Source: an uncultured Oscillospiraceae bacterium
GTDB lineage: Bacteria; Bacillota; Clostridia; Oscillospirales; Oscillospiraceae
Assembly: GCA_944385445.1 (NCBI GenBank)
Contig: CALWXF010000007.1
Span: forward strand, 11,976-75,975
DNA length: 64,000 bases
Reading direction: 5' to 3'
Shown: in pieces, positions 10,001-18,658 of the stretch
How the letters are laid out: the number at the start of each line of letters is the position of its first letter
How positions within the stretch are numbered: the stretch's first letter is position 1
Notes under the pieces: model-generated
Seen by the model: the letters and a program-made list of their open reading frames with translations, nothing else
Databases searched by the model: none
Told to the model about the DNA's origin: nothing
Program-made: the position numbers and the translations under genes

Positions 10001-10602
10001 ACCTGGTCCCCGGCGGACACCATCAGGGTGGCCCCGGCCTGGCCCACCACCTCCATCATCTTGGCCCATCCGGTCTGGTTGGAGCCGTCGGCAGAGTTCC
10101 AGCCGTCATCGTTGTGGGACTGGTCCTCCTTGATTTGGGGGTCACTGGTGAAGGCGAAGGTGAAGTTGTCCGCCTGGGGTGTGGTGTAGGTATAGACTTG
10201 GGACCAGCTCTGGCCCCCGTCGTTGGAAATGCGGTAGTCATAGCGGGTGCCGGGCTCCAGGCCGGACACGGTGGCCTTGCACACCATCTTGCCCGTGTCG
10301 GTGTACTTGCTCTCGTCCACCTTGGTGGGGGTGGTGAGCTCGGACACCGTGGCCTCCACCACCCGGCCGTCCCCCAGGGCGATCTGGGCGGCGCTGGTGC
10401 CGTCGGGGGCGTACCAGTTGAGGTTGATGGACGAGGTGGTCTCACCGGGCTGGATGGTCAGGCTGTCCACGTCAAAGCCTGCGGTGGAACCCCACAGAGG
10501 GGTGTTGGGGGTCTCCTGGGCAGCCAGGGCCAGGGGATAGATCCCCGTGAGCAGGGCGGCGCTGAGAGCCACGCTGGCCAGCTTGGTATACCGCTTCTTC
10601 AT
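7069..10602 (-). CDS. Sortase-anchored metallophosphoesterase (purple acid phosphatase-like FN3 + calcineurin-like) fused to a choice-of-anchor I beta-propeller
   Basis: Start MKKRYTKLAS after AAGGAGG; signal peptide; motifs SDPQ, AGDQVED, GNHD, GGHDH; C-half EIVSY..GVQPDMVTF..DLEPEYI..PDGI..NEGDSR..KGPEAES..LERTGG..PEG; VPQTG anchor. Confidence 0.85.
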   Translation of the reverse strand: MKKRYTKLASVALSAALLTGIYPLALAAQETPNTPLWGSTAGFDVDSLTIQPGETTSSINLNWYAPDGTSAAQIALGDGRVVEATVSELTTPTKVDESKYTDTGKMVCKATVSGLEPGTRYDYRISNDGGQSWSQVYTYTTPQADNFTFAFTSDPQIKEDQSHNDDGWNSADGSNQTGWAKMMEVVGQAGATLMVSAGDQVEDQSWGKSSEYEAFFAPEEMTSIAYAPAVGNHDRHYMFADHFNLPNQMEVAQDGLSGTDTLLEQVKTTFRGQNSGTSQSHGNYIQATAEEIANQSNSNGVTPNADGQYDFTERREMETKGNYYYLYNNVLFVTLNTGAYPGGNDDLEGENGDNASVPSASKDNSEAEAMVENFRRTLTSATQEYQGQYDWLIVTHHKSTQTVAKHAADSDIENYVDAGFEALMDDFDVDLVLGGHDHVYSRSYVLKDGQRNAEALDTFYDPDGTIYLTGNCASDMQYYTPFQSVDKANNVDYPVLANGETGSQAYLAGNLPVGNQEWNQDYSPSYALFDVEGNTITVNVYNLSGDSETPDSTPIDHFTVTKNTDGGAQTQGEENGASQLDVTKIAGYTSGEFNVDGGVMEIVSYNAATGWAYAVNGQSGLLTAIPLKTLEEKDTVDLLDGNDIDIKAMVEETDPTFAYGDMTSVAVSPDGSTLAAALQAAGYADAGRVALFTCNADGSLTLDKLVEVGVQPDMVTFADDNTVLSADEGEPRMGYTADAIDPKGSVSVVDVATGTAQVVTFDGFDTQRDQLTANHIILKQGSNPSTDLEPEYIAVSGSKAYVTLQEANAIAVLDLTTRTFTGIYSCGFEDYSVTPVDLDKGDEAYNPQTYENVLGIRMPDGIAAYEVDGVTYLVCANEGDSREWEDYLNENEAKKGAASPAGNIAEGEISGKVVYFGEESKTESAKGYDGLDSSKDYLFGGRSFTLYAVTEDGIQEVFTSGDDFESLTARYFPDYFNTSNDNAALDDRSGKKGPEAESVTVGVVDGKTYAFVALERTGGVMVYDVTDPDAVTYVNYINSRDFGSIIPGSEVYEDGELDKWVTGGDVAPEGLAFLSAQQSPTGQPMLLAACEVSGTVAVYELTQQETEQPTPSPEVTPSPEVTATPAPETSTNPEATQKPETDVPQTGDAAQLGLVFSALALSAAGLAAVVTVRRRRS

Positions 10603-10711
10603 ATCGTTTGGTTCCTCCTTATAATATTCCAAATTCTCACGGATGGAATTATAAGGGAAGCCCACAGGCGGCGCTATCTGCCTAGCGTATGAATCGTGTA
10701 AAGAGATGGTC

Positions 10712-10742
10712 AAAAAAGGGGCCGTGCATCACGCACGGCCCC
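10712..10742 (-). terminator. mutS terminator
   Basis: GGGGCCGTGC-loop-GCACGGCCCC-TTTTTT on the minus strand. Confidence 0.85.
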
Positions 10743-10746
10743 TGGA

Positions 10747-13371
10747 TCAGGACAGTTTTTGTTTCAGCTGATAGAGCAAATTCAACGCCTCGATGGGGGT
10801 GAGGGTGTCCACGGCGGTATTGCGCAGGGTGTCCAGCACCTCGCTCCCCGTCAAATCCCCCAAGGTCATCTGCTCCTGGGCCGGGGCGGACACGGTGCCC
10901 ACTGGGGCCACCGCCCCCTGGCTCTCCAGCTGGGCCAGAATCTCCCGGGCCCGGGCAATGACGGGGTTGGGCACGCCAGCCAGCTTGGCCACCTCGATGC
11001 CGTAGCTCTGGTCGGCCCCGCCGGGGATGATCTTGCGCAGGAAGACAATGTCGTCCTTCCGCTTTTTTACCGCAATGTGGAAGTTGTGTACCCCCTCCAG
11101 CTCCTGCTCCACGGCGGTGAGCTCGTGGTAGTGGGTGGCAAAGAGGGTCTTGGCCCCCAGTTTTTTGGTGTTGGCGCAGTACTCCAGCACCGCCCGGGCG
11201 ATGGACATGCCGTCATAGGTGGAGGTGCCCCGGCCGATCTCGTCCAGAATGAGCAGGGAGTGGCGGGTGGCGTTTTGGAGCAGCTGAGCCACCTCGCTCA
11301 TCTCCACCATGAAGGTGGACTGTCCGGCGGCCAGGTCGTCGGAGGCCCCGATGCGGGTGAACACCCGGTCCACCACGCCGATGTGGGCGGAGCGGGCGGG
11401 GACATAGCAGCCCATCTGGGCCATGAGCACAATGAGGGCCACCTGGCGCATGTAGGTGGATTTGCCTGCCATGTTGGGGCCGGTGATGATGGACAGGTGG
11501 TGCTGGGTTTCGTCCATGTGGGTGTCGTTGGGCACAAAGAGGGTGTCTTTCAGGGTATGCTCCACCACCGGGTGGCGGCCCTCCTGGATGTCAATGACCC
11601 CGCTCTCGTCCACCACCGGGCGGCAGTAGTTCCGCTCCACCGCCACCGTGGCGAAGGAGAGGAGCACGTCCAGCTGGGCCACGCTGCCCGCCGCCCGCTG
11701 CACCTCCCGCACCCGGGCGGACACTGTGTCCCGCAGCTGGCAGAACAGCTGGTACTCCAGGGCGGTGATGCGGGTCTGGGCGGAGAGAATCTCGTGCTCC
11801 AGGTCTTTGAGCTCGGGGGTGATGAACCGCTCGCAGTTGACCAGGGTCTGCTTGCGGATGTAGTCCTCGGGTACCAGGTCGTAGTTGGACTTGGATACCT
11901 CGATGTAGTAGCCGAACACCTTGTTATACCGGACCTTCAGGCTCTTGATGCCGGTGCGCTCCTTCTCCCGGCTCTCCAGGGCAATCACCATATCCGCCCC
12001 ATTGGTGAGGATGTCCCGCAGGTGGTCCACCTGCTGGTCGTAGCCGGGGCGGATGAAGTCGCCCTCCCGGATGGTGAAGGGGAGGCGGTGGTCGTCGTCC
12101 TCGTCCCGAATGGCGGAGTCGATCTCCTGCTGCAGGTCCTCCAGGCCCAGCATGCCGTCCTTGATGCCCTCCATGGCCCGGCCGGTCAGGGCCTCCAGCT
12201 GGTAGGCCAGGGCGGGGAGCATCCCCAGGCCCTGGGCCAGGGCCTTCATGTCCCGGGCGTTGGCGGAGCCGTAGCCCACTTTGCCGATGAGTCGCTCCAG
12301 GTCGGGCACCTGGCGCAGGGCATGGCTCAGCTCTTCCCGGGCCACCAGGTTGTCCACCAGGGCGGCCACCCCGTCCTGACGGCGGGTGATGGCCAGGGGG
12401 GAGCGCAAGGGGCGCTCCAGCCAGGAGCGAATCATCCGGTGGCCCATGGGGGTGCGGGTGTGGTCCAGCACCCAGAGAAGGGAGCCCTTCTTGTCCTTGC
12501 TGCGCATGGTCTCGGTGAGCTCCAGGTTGCGCCGGGCGGTGAGGTCCAGCTCCATGTACAGCCGCTGGTCGGGCTGCTCCACCACCAGGGGGCCCAGGTG
12601 GGTGAGGTCGGTCTTCTGAGTCTGGGTCAGGTACCCGGCCAGAGCGCCGGCGGCCTGGTAACAGGCCAGGTCTTGCTCGGGCAGGGAGGCGCCCGCCTCC
12701 CACAGCCCGCACACCTCCAGGGCGGACCCGGCAGCCTGGGGGTCAAACTGCTCTTCCGCTCCCGTCTGGCACAGGCAGTCCAGCCGCTGGCGTAAGAATT
12801 CCACCAGTTCCCGCTGTGCGGCGGCCTGGGGGGAGAGAATGGCCTCGCTGGGGGGACAGGCGGAGAGCTGGTTGCACAGATGGGGCAGCCAGTCGGTGCC
12901 CGAGAAGGGGGTGGTGTGGAACTGTCCGGTGGACACGTCGCACACCGCCAAGCCCGCCCGGTCCCCGTCCAGGTACACGCAGCAGATGTAGTTGTTGTTG
13001 TTCTCGTCCAGCATCACGTCGTCCATGGCGGTGCCGGGGGTGACGATGCGCACAATGTCCCGCTCCACCAGACCCTTGGCGGTGGCGGGGTCCTCCATCT
13101 GCTCGCAGATGGCCACCTTATAGCCCCGCTTGATGAGTCGGGCGATGTAGTTCTGGGCGGAGTGGTAGGGCACCCCGCACATGGGGGTGCGCTCCTCCTC
13201 CGGCTTGTTGCGGTCCCGGGTGGTGAGGGTGAGGCCCAGCTCCTGGGCGCCGATCTTGGCGTCCTCCTGGAACATCTCGTAAAAGTCCCCCAACCGGAAG
13301 AAAAGCAGGCAATCGGGATTGTCCTGCTTCATTTTGATATATTGTTTCATCATGGGGGTGAGTTCCGCCAT
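10747..13371 (-). CDS. mutS: DNA mismatch repair protein MutS
   Basis: MAELTPMMKQY..FFRLGDFYEMF; TGPNMAGKSTYMRQ; DEIGRGTST; FATHYHEL. Confidence 0.97.
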   Translation of the reverse strand: MAELTPMMKQYIKMKQDNPDCLLFFRLGDFYEMFQEDAKIGAQELGLTLTTRDRNKPEEERTPMCGVPYHSAQNYIARLIKRGYKVAICEQMEDPATAKGLVERDIVRIVTPGTAMDDVMLDENNNNYICCVYLDGDRAGLAVCDVSTGQFHTTPFSGTDWLPHLCNQLSACPPSEAILSPQAAAQRELVEFLRQRLDCLCQTGAEEQFDPQAAGSALEVCGLWEAGASLPEQDLACYQAAGALAGYLTQTQKTDLTHLGPLVVEQPDQRLYMELDLTARRNLELTETMRSKDKKGSLLWVLDHTRTPMGHRMIRSWLERPLRSPLAITRRQDGVAALVDNLVAREELSHALRQVPDLERLIGKVGYGSANARDMKALAQGLGMLPALAYQLEALTGRAMEGIKDGMLGLEDLQQEIDSAIRDEDDDHRLPFTIREGDFIRPGYDQQVDHLRDILTNGADMVIALESREKERTGIKSLKVRYNKVFGYYIEVSKSNYDLVPEDYIRKQTLVNCERFITPELKDLEHEILSAQTRITALEYQLFCQLRDTVSARVREVQRAAGSVAQLDVLLSFATVAVERNYCRPVVDESGVIDIQEGRHPVVEHTLKDTLFVPNDTHMDETQHHLSIITGPNMAGKSTYMRQVALIVLMAQMGCYVPARSAHIGVVDRVFTRIGASDDLAAGQSTFMVEMSEVAQLLQNATRHSLLILDEIGRGTSTYDGMSIARAVLEYCANTKKLGAKTLFATHYHELTAVEQELEGVHNFHIAVKKRKDDIVFLRKIIPGGADQSYGIEVAKLAGVPNPVIARAREILAQLESQGAVAPVGTVSAPAQEQMTLGDLTGSEVLDTLRNTAVDTLTPIEALNLLYQLKQKLS

Positions 13372-13440
13372 GGAGTGCACGACCTTTCTATTTGTTGTTG
13401 CGGGGCAATCAGCCAGGTATCTTGATACGTTCCCCGTCTC

Positions 13441-14010
13441 AGGCTTGCCAGCCTAGGGACGCGCTCCGCTGGGCCCGATTTCTCAGCGATGAGAAATCGG
13501 GGAAAGAATCGCCAAAGGCGGGGCCTTCCCCCGCCTTGTGGAATCCACCCCGCGGTACTGGGTGGCGTGTGCGTCCTTCTCTGTTCGGCCCTTGGCTGGG
13601 TGGGGTCACATAGATGGCGTGGAAATTCTATTGTAAGTCTCAGCTTCTACGACAAATAAAACTTCTACCTCCAGGGCCTTACCCTGGTGTGCAACTGTTC
13701 CTAGTTGCCGGAAGCCTGGCTCCCGGCGGCGGGAACGCTGCTTTTCCAAGGTAGGCCCGGGTATGGAAACCGCCCAGCTGTAGGGCCAGCTACCCAGGGT
13801 GGCCTGGTGTGGTGGCACAAATAGGGGCCACGGCAAGGGTCACGGGCCGAACAACAGCTTGACGCAGGTCCAGCCTCGTACCCAAAGGGAGGTCCTTAGG
13901 GGGGAACGCCCTAAGTGGCTTTTCGTCCATTTTGGCCACTCAAAATGGACCCCAGCGGAGCGTCCCTGCCGGGGGCGCAAATTTGCGTCTGAGAAATATG
14001 AGAAGAGGAA
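13441..14010. repeat. Family A palindromic/MITE-like element, copy 2
   Basis: Begins AGGCTTGCCAGCCT..CGCTCCGCTGGG and ends CCCCAGCGGAGCGTCCC (13966) plus a flank homologous to copy 1; carries both internal module sets. Confidence 0.8.
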
Positions 14011-14028
14011 AGTCCCTAGAGGGGAGAC

Positions 14029-14859
14029 TTACCCCTTGAAATTGGTGATTACATATACATATCGAATGTGTTCCACATCCGCACTGGGGCTCAGCACCGC
14101 CGAGCGGCTGATGCCGTCGGCCTCGGTCTGGATGCTCTCCACCTGGCCCACCAGCAGGCCGCCGGGGTACTTGCCCCCCAGCCCCGAGGTGGTCACCTGG
14201 TCGCCGCTGATGAGCTGGGCGTCCTGGGGGATATAGGTCATGCGCAGCTTGCCCTCTCCCATGAGAGTAAAATCCCCCTGGGCCATGGCGCTGTCGTCGG
14301 TGCGGGCCACCCGCACCCCCAGCTCCATGCCGGGGTCCAGCAGGGTGTCCACCAGAGCCCAGTTGGTGCCCACTTCCTTCACCACGCCCACCAGATTGCC
14401 GTACTGGTCGATGACGCAGTCGCCCGCCTCCACCTCCTGGCCGCTGCCCACGCTGATGGTGATTTGGTTGGCCCAGTTGGTGGTGGAACGCTGGATGACG
14501 GTGGCGGAGGCGTAGGTCCAGTCGGGGTGCTCCTGAGCTACCCCCAGCAGGGTTTGCAGCCGCTCATTTTCCCGCAGGGCGTCCTGCCCCTCCCGCACCT
14601 GCTCCTCCAACTCAGCCAGCTGCTCTTTGAGCTGCTCATTTTCCTCCAGCAGCTGGTCATACCCGGTGAGGCGGTCGTGCTGCCCCTGGAACCAGTTGGA
14701 GATGCCGGAGGTCAGCGACCCCACCGGGCGGGTGATGACCTGGAGGGCGTTGGTGATGGGGTTGGCCCCGGTGATGGCGGAGAGAATGGCCAGCAAGGCA
14801 GCCAGCAGCACCGCCGCTGCCACCAGCAGCCCTCCGTTGTTCCGGAAAAATCCCTTCAT
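14029..14859 (-). CDS. mreC: Rod shape-determining protein MreC
   Basis: N-terminal TM, coiled coil (ENEQLKEQL..ENERL), A.VI.RS..W...ITI..GS..GV..G, GLVG.V, TSGLGGKYP.GL.VG. Confidence 0.9.
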   Translation of the reverse strand: MKGFFRNNGGLLVAAAVLLAALLAILSAITGANPITNALQVITRPVGSLTSGISNWFQGQHDRLTGYDQLLEENEQLKEQLAELEEQVREGQDALRENERLQTLLGVAQEHPDWTYASATVIQRSTTNWANQITISVGSGQEVEAGDCVIDQYGNLVGVVKEVGTNWALVDTLLDPGMELGVRVARTDDSAMAQGDFTLMGEGKLRMTYIPQDAQLISGDQVTTSGLGGKYPGGLLVGQVESIQTEADGISRSAVLSPSADVEHIRYVYVITNFKG

Positions 14860-14873
14860 AGTGTCTCCTGTCC

Positions 14874-15461
14874 TCAGTGGTCGGCCATCTGGAACAGGTC
14901 CAGACCGAAGCCCGCCAGAATCCGGCTCAGCCGGAAGATGGGCAGGCCCACCACATTGAAATAGTCTCCTTCAATGCCGGACACCAGCATACCGCCCAGG
15001 CCCTGGATGCCGTAGGCCCCGGCCTTGTCCATGGGCTCGCCGGTGGCGATGTAGTGGGAGATCTCCTCCGGCTCCAGCTCCCGGAAGGTGACGGTGGTGC
15101 ACTCGTGCTGGGTCACCACCTGGTCCCCCTGGATGACGGTGAGTCCGGTGTAGACGTAGTGGCGGTTGCCGCTGAGGGCAGAGAGCATGGCAAAGGCATC
15201 CCGCTGATCGGCGGGCTTGCCCAGCACCGCACCCTCCAGGGCCACCACTGTGTCGGCGGCAATGATGAGGTCGTCGGGGTCGGCGTGCCCGGCCACCGCC
15301 AGGGCCTTGCGCCGGGACAGCTCCTCCACCACCTGGGCGGGGGGCATGTGCTCCTCCACCGTCTCGTCCACCTCGGGGGAGGTGATTTTAAAGCCCCGCA
15401 GCCCCATCTGGCCCAGCAGCTCTTTGCGCCGGGGGGACTGGGATGCCAAGATAATGTCCAT
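14874..15461 (-). CDS. maf: Maf family nucleoside triphosphate pyrophosphatase
   Basis: IILASQSPRRKELL; ADTVV; KP; DKAGAYGIQG; NVVGLP. Confidence 0.95.
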   Translation of the reverse strand: MDIILASQSPRRKELLGQMGLRGFKITSPEVDETVEEHMPPAQVVEELSRRKALAVAGHADPDDLIIAADTVVALEGAVLGKPADQRDAFAMLSALSGNRHYVYTGLTVIQGDQVVTQHECTTVTFRELEPEEISHYIATGEPMDKAGAYGIQGLGGMLVSGIEGDYFNVVGLPIFRLSRILAGFGLDLFQMADH

Positions 15462-15483
15462 GTTAAATGGTTCCTCCTAACAA

Positions 15484-17565
15484 TTATTCCACATCTCTGT
15501 AATAGAGACCACGGGTGTAGGCAGCGGGGGCAGCGTCCCCCACGCCCTGATAACGCCGCACCATGTCAACCACCGTGCGGGCGTCCTCGGTGGTAAACAG
15601 CAGCTGCAGCCCGGACACCCCGGCCCGGAGATAGTCCCCGGCCTTGTCCGCCAAAAAGAGGGTGTCGGCGTTGAAAATCTCGTTGCGGCAGCCCCAGGCC
15701 TTGAGGACCGGGAAGCCCACCCCACGGCGGTCGGTGAGGGTGTTGCCGTTGCCGCAACAGCACTGGCCTGCCCCCGCCTTCATGGCGCAGTTCTCGGTGA
15801 TCATCAGGGGCAGGCGGCCATAGGCGATGAGCTCCACGGGCAGGGTCTTGGACAGGTCCCGAATCTGGGCCAGCTTCAGCTCAAAGGATGCGGTGAGGGA
15901 GGCAAGGCCCAGACTGCGGTATTCCTCCACGCCGTGGCTGTTGAACACCTGGAGGCCGTAGTCTCCGTGGAGGGTAAAGCCCAAATCCCGGGCCACGTCC
16001 AGCATGCCCAGGTTGCCCACCATGGCATGGGAAATACCCAGCTCTTTGCACACGGTGAGCTGTTCTTTTAGGGTGTCCAGCTCCCCATCCCAGCAGATGC
16101 GGGGGAGCACCACCGCCGCCTGGATGCCGTGGGCCTGGATGTCCGCCACCACCTGGGGGTGACGGGCGACTTCCTCCACCGGCAGGGCGATGCGGGCGGG
16201 CTGGGCCTCCAGCAGAGCCTCCGAGCACTGCTGGGCGCTGTGGAGGGTGACGTGGAGGGCGGGAACCTCCGTGGTGTTTGCCACCTTGGGCAGGGGCTCA
16301 TAGGGGAAGTGCCGCCGGGAGGGCAGGGCGGTGCGCTGAGCGGAGAGCTGCTCCACAGCGTCCCGGCGCAGGGCGTTGAGGGCGGAGCGGGGCAGGGACA
16401 GACCTGCTTCCACCTCCACTTGGTACTGATCAATGCGGTAGGGGGTGCCTCCGGTCTTGGACAGCTGGGCCGCCACATCCTCTGCCTCCAGGGCCCGGGT
16501 GCGGGCGGCCTCGGGGGCCGGCCCGGTGACGGTGACGGTGTGGCCGTCCCCGTCGGTGAGGGTGAGGGAGGCGGGGGCGTCCGCCTGGATGGAGGCGGTC
16601 AGGGTCACGGGAATGAGCTGGGTGGGCTTGTCATACCCCGCCCGGGCGGCGGCAAACAGTTCCTTGGGTTCCGGCTGCTGCTCTCGCACGCCGAACATGT
16701 GGGCGCCCTTGTTCCCCATAAAGTAGCCATCGGTGAAGCCCTGGCGGGAGAAGGCGGCGGTGAGCTGGGCCACCTCTTCTGCGGTGGGCTCCCGGCCCTC
16801 CCGGAGGGCGTCGGCATACACCTTGGTGACCACCCACACATACTCCGGCCGCTTCATCCGGCCCTCGATCTTGGCGCAGGCCACCCCCATGTCCTGGAGC
16901 TCTTTCAGGTGCCCGGCCAGGGACATGTCCTTGAGGGAGAGGGGGTAGCGGTCTGCCTTGCCCTTCCAGCCGTAGCTCAGGCGGCAGGGCTGGGCGCACA
17001 GGCCACGGTTGCCGCTGCGGCCACCCAGCACCGAGGAGAAGAAGCACTGGCCCGAGTAGCACATGCACAGGGCCCCGTGGACAAAGGTCTCGATCTCAAT
17101 GGGGGAGTGCTCACAGATGTAGGAAATTTCCTTGCGGGACAGCTCCCGGGACAGCACCGCCCGGGTGAGCCCTAAATCCGCACAGCGTTTCACGCCGTCC
17201 AGGTTGTGGATGGTCATCTGGGTGGAGGCGTGGAGGTGCACGTCGGGGGCGACCTGACCCACCACCTGCAAAAGGCCCATGTCCTGGACCAAAATGGCGT
17301 CCACCCCCAGACTCGAGGCCTCCACCGCCACCTGGGCGGCCTGGGCCACTTCCCGGTCGGAGGCCAGGGTATTGAGGGTGAGGTACACCTTCACCCCGTA
17401 GAGGTGGCACAGGCGGATGGCCTCCTCCAGCTCCTCCCGGCTAAAGTTGCGGGCGTTGCGGCGGGCATTGAAGGGGCCGTAGCCCAGATACACGGCGTCC
17501 GCCCCGGCGTAGACCGCCGCACGGACGGCCTCAGGGCTGCCCGCAGGGGATAATATCTCCATCAT
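15484..17565 (-). CDS. U32 peptidase family protein with DUF3656 (RlhA-like RNA hydroxylase)
   Basis: EILSPAGS; HASTQ; HGALCMCYSGQC..NRGLCAQPCR; KIEGRMK; long C-terminal extension. Confidence 0.88.
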   Translation of the reverse strand: MMEILSPAGSPEAVRAAVYAGADAVYLGYGPFNARRNARNFSREELEEAIRLCHLYGVKVYLTLNTLASDREVAQAAQVAVEASSLGVDAILVQDMGLLQVVGQVAPDVHLHASTQMTIHNLDGVKRCADLGLTRAVLSRELSRKEISYICEHSPIEIETFVHGALCMCYSGQCFFSSVLGGRSGNRGLCAQPCRLSYGWKGKADRYPLSLKDMSLAGHLKELQDMGVACAKIEGRMKRPEYVWVVTKVYADALREGREPTAEEVAQLTAAFSRQGFTDGYFMGNKGAHMFGVREQQPEPKELFAAARAGYDKPTQLIPVTLTASIQADAPASLTLTDGDGHTVTVTGPAPEAARTRALEAEDVAAQLSKTGGTPYRIDQYQVEVEAGLSLPRSALNALRRDAVEQLSAQRTALPSRRHFPYEPLPKVANTTEVPALHVTLHSAQQCSEALLEAQPARIALPVEEVARHPQVVADIQAHGIQAAVVLPRICWDGELDTLKEQLTVCKELGISHAMVGNLGMLDVARDLGFTLHGDYGLQVFNSHGVEEYRSLGLASLTASFELKLAQIRDLSKTLPVELIAYGRLPLMITENCAMKAGAGQCCCGNGNTLTDRRGVGFPVLKAWGCRNEIFNADTLFLADKAGDYLRAGVSGLQLLFTTEDARTVVDMVRRYQGVGDAAPAAYTRGLYYRDVE

Positions 17566-17578
17566 ACAGGGCTCTCCC

Positions 17579-17893
17579 TTACTTCTTGGCGTTCTTATCC
17601 TGGCGGGGATGCTTGGTCTGGTGCAGCTCCAGCTTCAGCTGGGCGTTCTCCTCCAACAGGTTCTTGATCTGCTGGCGCAGATTGGCGCTGGCCACCTTGT
17701 CCTTGGCATACTGGTCGGCGATGTTCAGGCAGGTGAGCAGGGCGCAGTCCAGCTGGCTGATTTCGGTGCCCTCCTGGGTCTGGCGCATCTGCTCGTTGAC
17801 GAAGTCCGCCACACGGCGCACATAGTCCTCTCCCTCTTCTGCCAAAAGCGTATAGTTGTGCCCGGCTACGGTGACAGTGACACGATTTTGCAT
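17579..17893 (-). CDS. zapA: Cell division protein ZapA family
   Basis: NRVTVTVAGHNYTL..YVRRVA.FVNEQM..ALLTCLNIAD then coiled coil. Confidence 0.85.
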   Translation of the reverse strand: MQNRVTVTVAGHNYTLLAEEGEDYVRRVADFVNEQMRQTQEGTEISQLDCALLTCLNIADQYAKDKVASANLRQQIKNLLEENAQLKLELHQTKHPRQDKNAKK

Positions 17894-18122
17894 GGAAATT
17901 CCTCCTTGTATCCATCATTTCCAAGTACACAGCAGAATGCCTGCTGACAGTTTTACAGCATAGCATTATATCACAACGGTGGAAAAAAAGGAATGAAAAA
18001 ACTCCCAGATGTCCAGAGTTTTTCCCGTTTTTTCTTGTGAGTTGGGCAACGTCAAAGGAGGACTTGCGGGCTGGTAGATTTTGCGGTATGGTAGCATTAA
18101 GAAGAGGGAAAGGGGGGAGACC

Positions 18123-18599
18123 ATGGGCCGAGAGGAATTTATAGAGCAGCTGTACCGGAGCATGTATGCGCCCCTGCTGCGCTACGCCCGCTATGCCCTG
18201 GAGGGGGACGAGGGGCTGGCGGAGGAGGCGGTGCAGGAGGCCTTTGCCACCGCCTGGCGGCGGGTGGAGGTGCTCATGGACAGCCCCAACCCCCAGGGCT
18301 GGATGATGGAGACCCTGAAACACGTCATCCAGGCCACTCGCAGGAGCCGGGACAAGGCCCGGTGGGCGGCCCAGGCAACAGAGAAGGCTGGAGAGGTGGC
18401 GGCCACCGATGAGGAGAATTTGGACACCATCTACGGGGATTTGGTGGGCCAAGAGGCCTATGAACTGCTGAAAGCGTACGCCTTGGAGCACCAGAGTGTG
18501 GAGGAGCTGGCCAGGGCCAGGGGCATCTCCAGGGAGGCCTGCAAAAAGCAGTTGCAGCGGGCCAGAAAAAAGTTGAAAAAATATTTTGAAAAATACTAG
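18123..18599 (+). CDS. ECF-type RNA polymerase sigma factor
   Basis: LY..MY..LLRYA..AEEAVQEAF.TAW (sigma2); S.EELA..GIS.EACKKQLQRARKKLK (sigma4). Confidence 0.85.
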   Translation: MGREEFIEQLYRSMYAPLLRYARYALEGDEGLAEEAVQEAFATAWRRVEVLMDSPNPQGWMMETLKHVIQATRRSRDKARWAAQATEKAGEVAATDEENLDTIYGDLVGQEAYELLKAYALEHQSVEELARARGISREACKKQLQRARKKLKKYFEKY

Positions 18600-18658
18600 A
18601 AAAGGTGTCCCCTAAAGAGGGCGACCTGACATATACCAAGTGAAAGGAGGAGCCAGGT

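Noticed and set aside
10686-10702. Possible Pho-box pair TTTACA-N5-CATACG upstream of the phosphoesterase
   Set aside because: Only one good half-site; too weak to call
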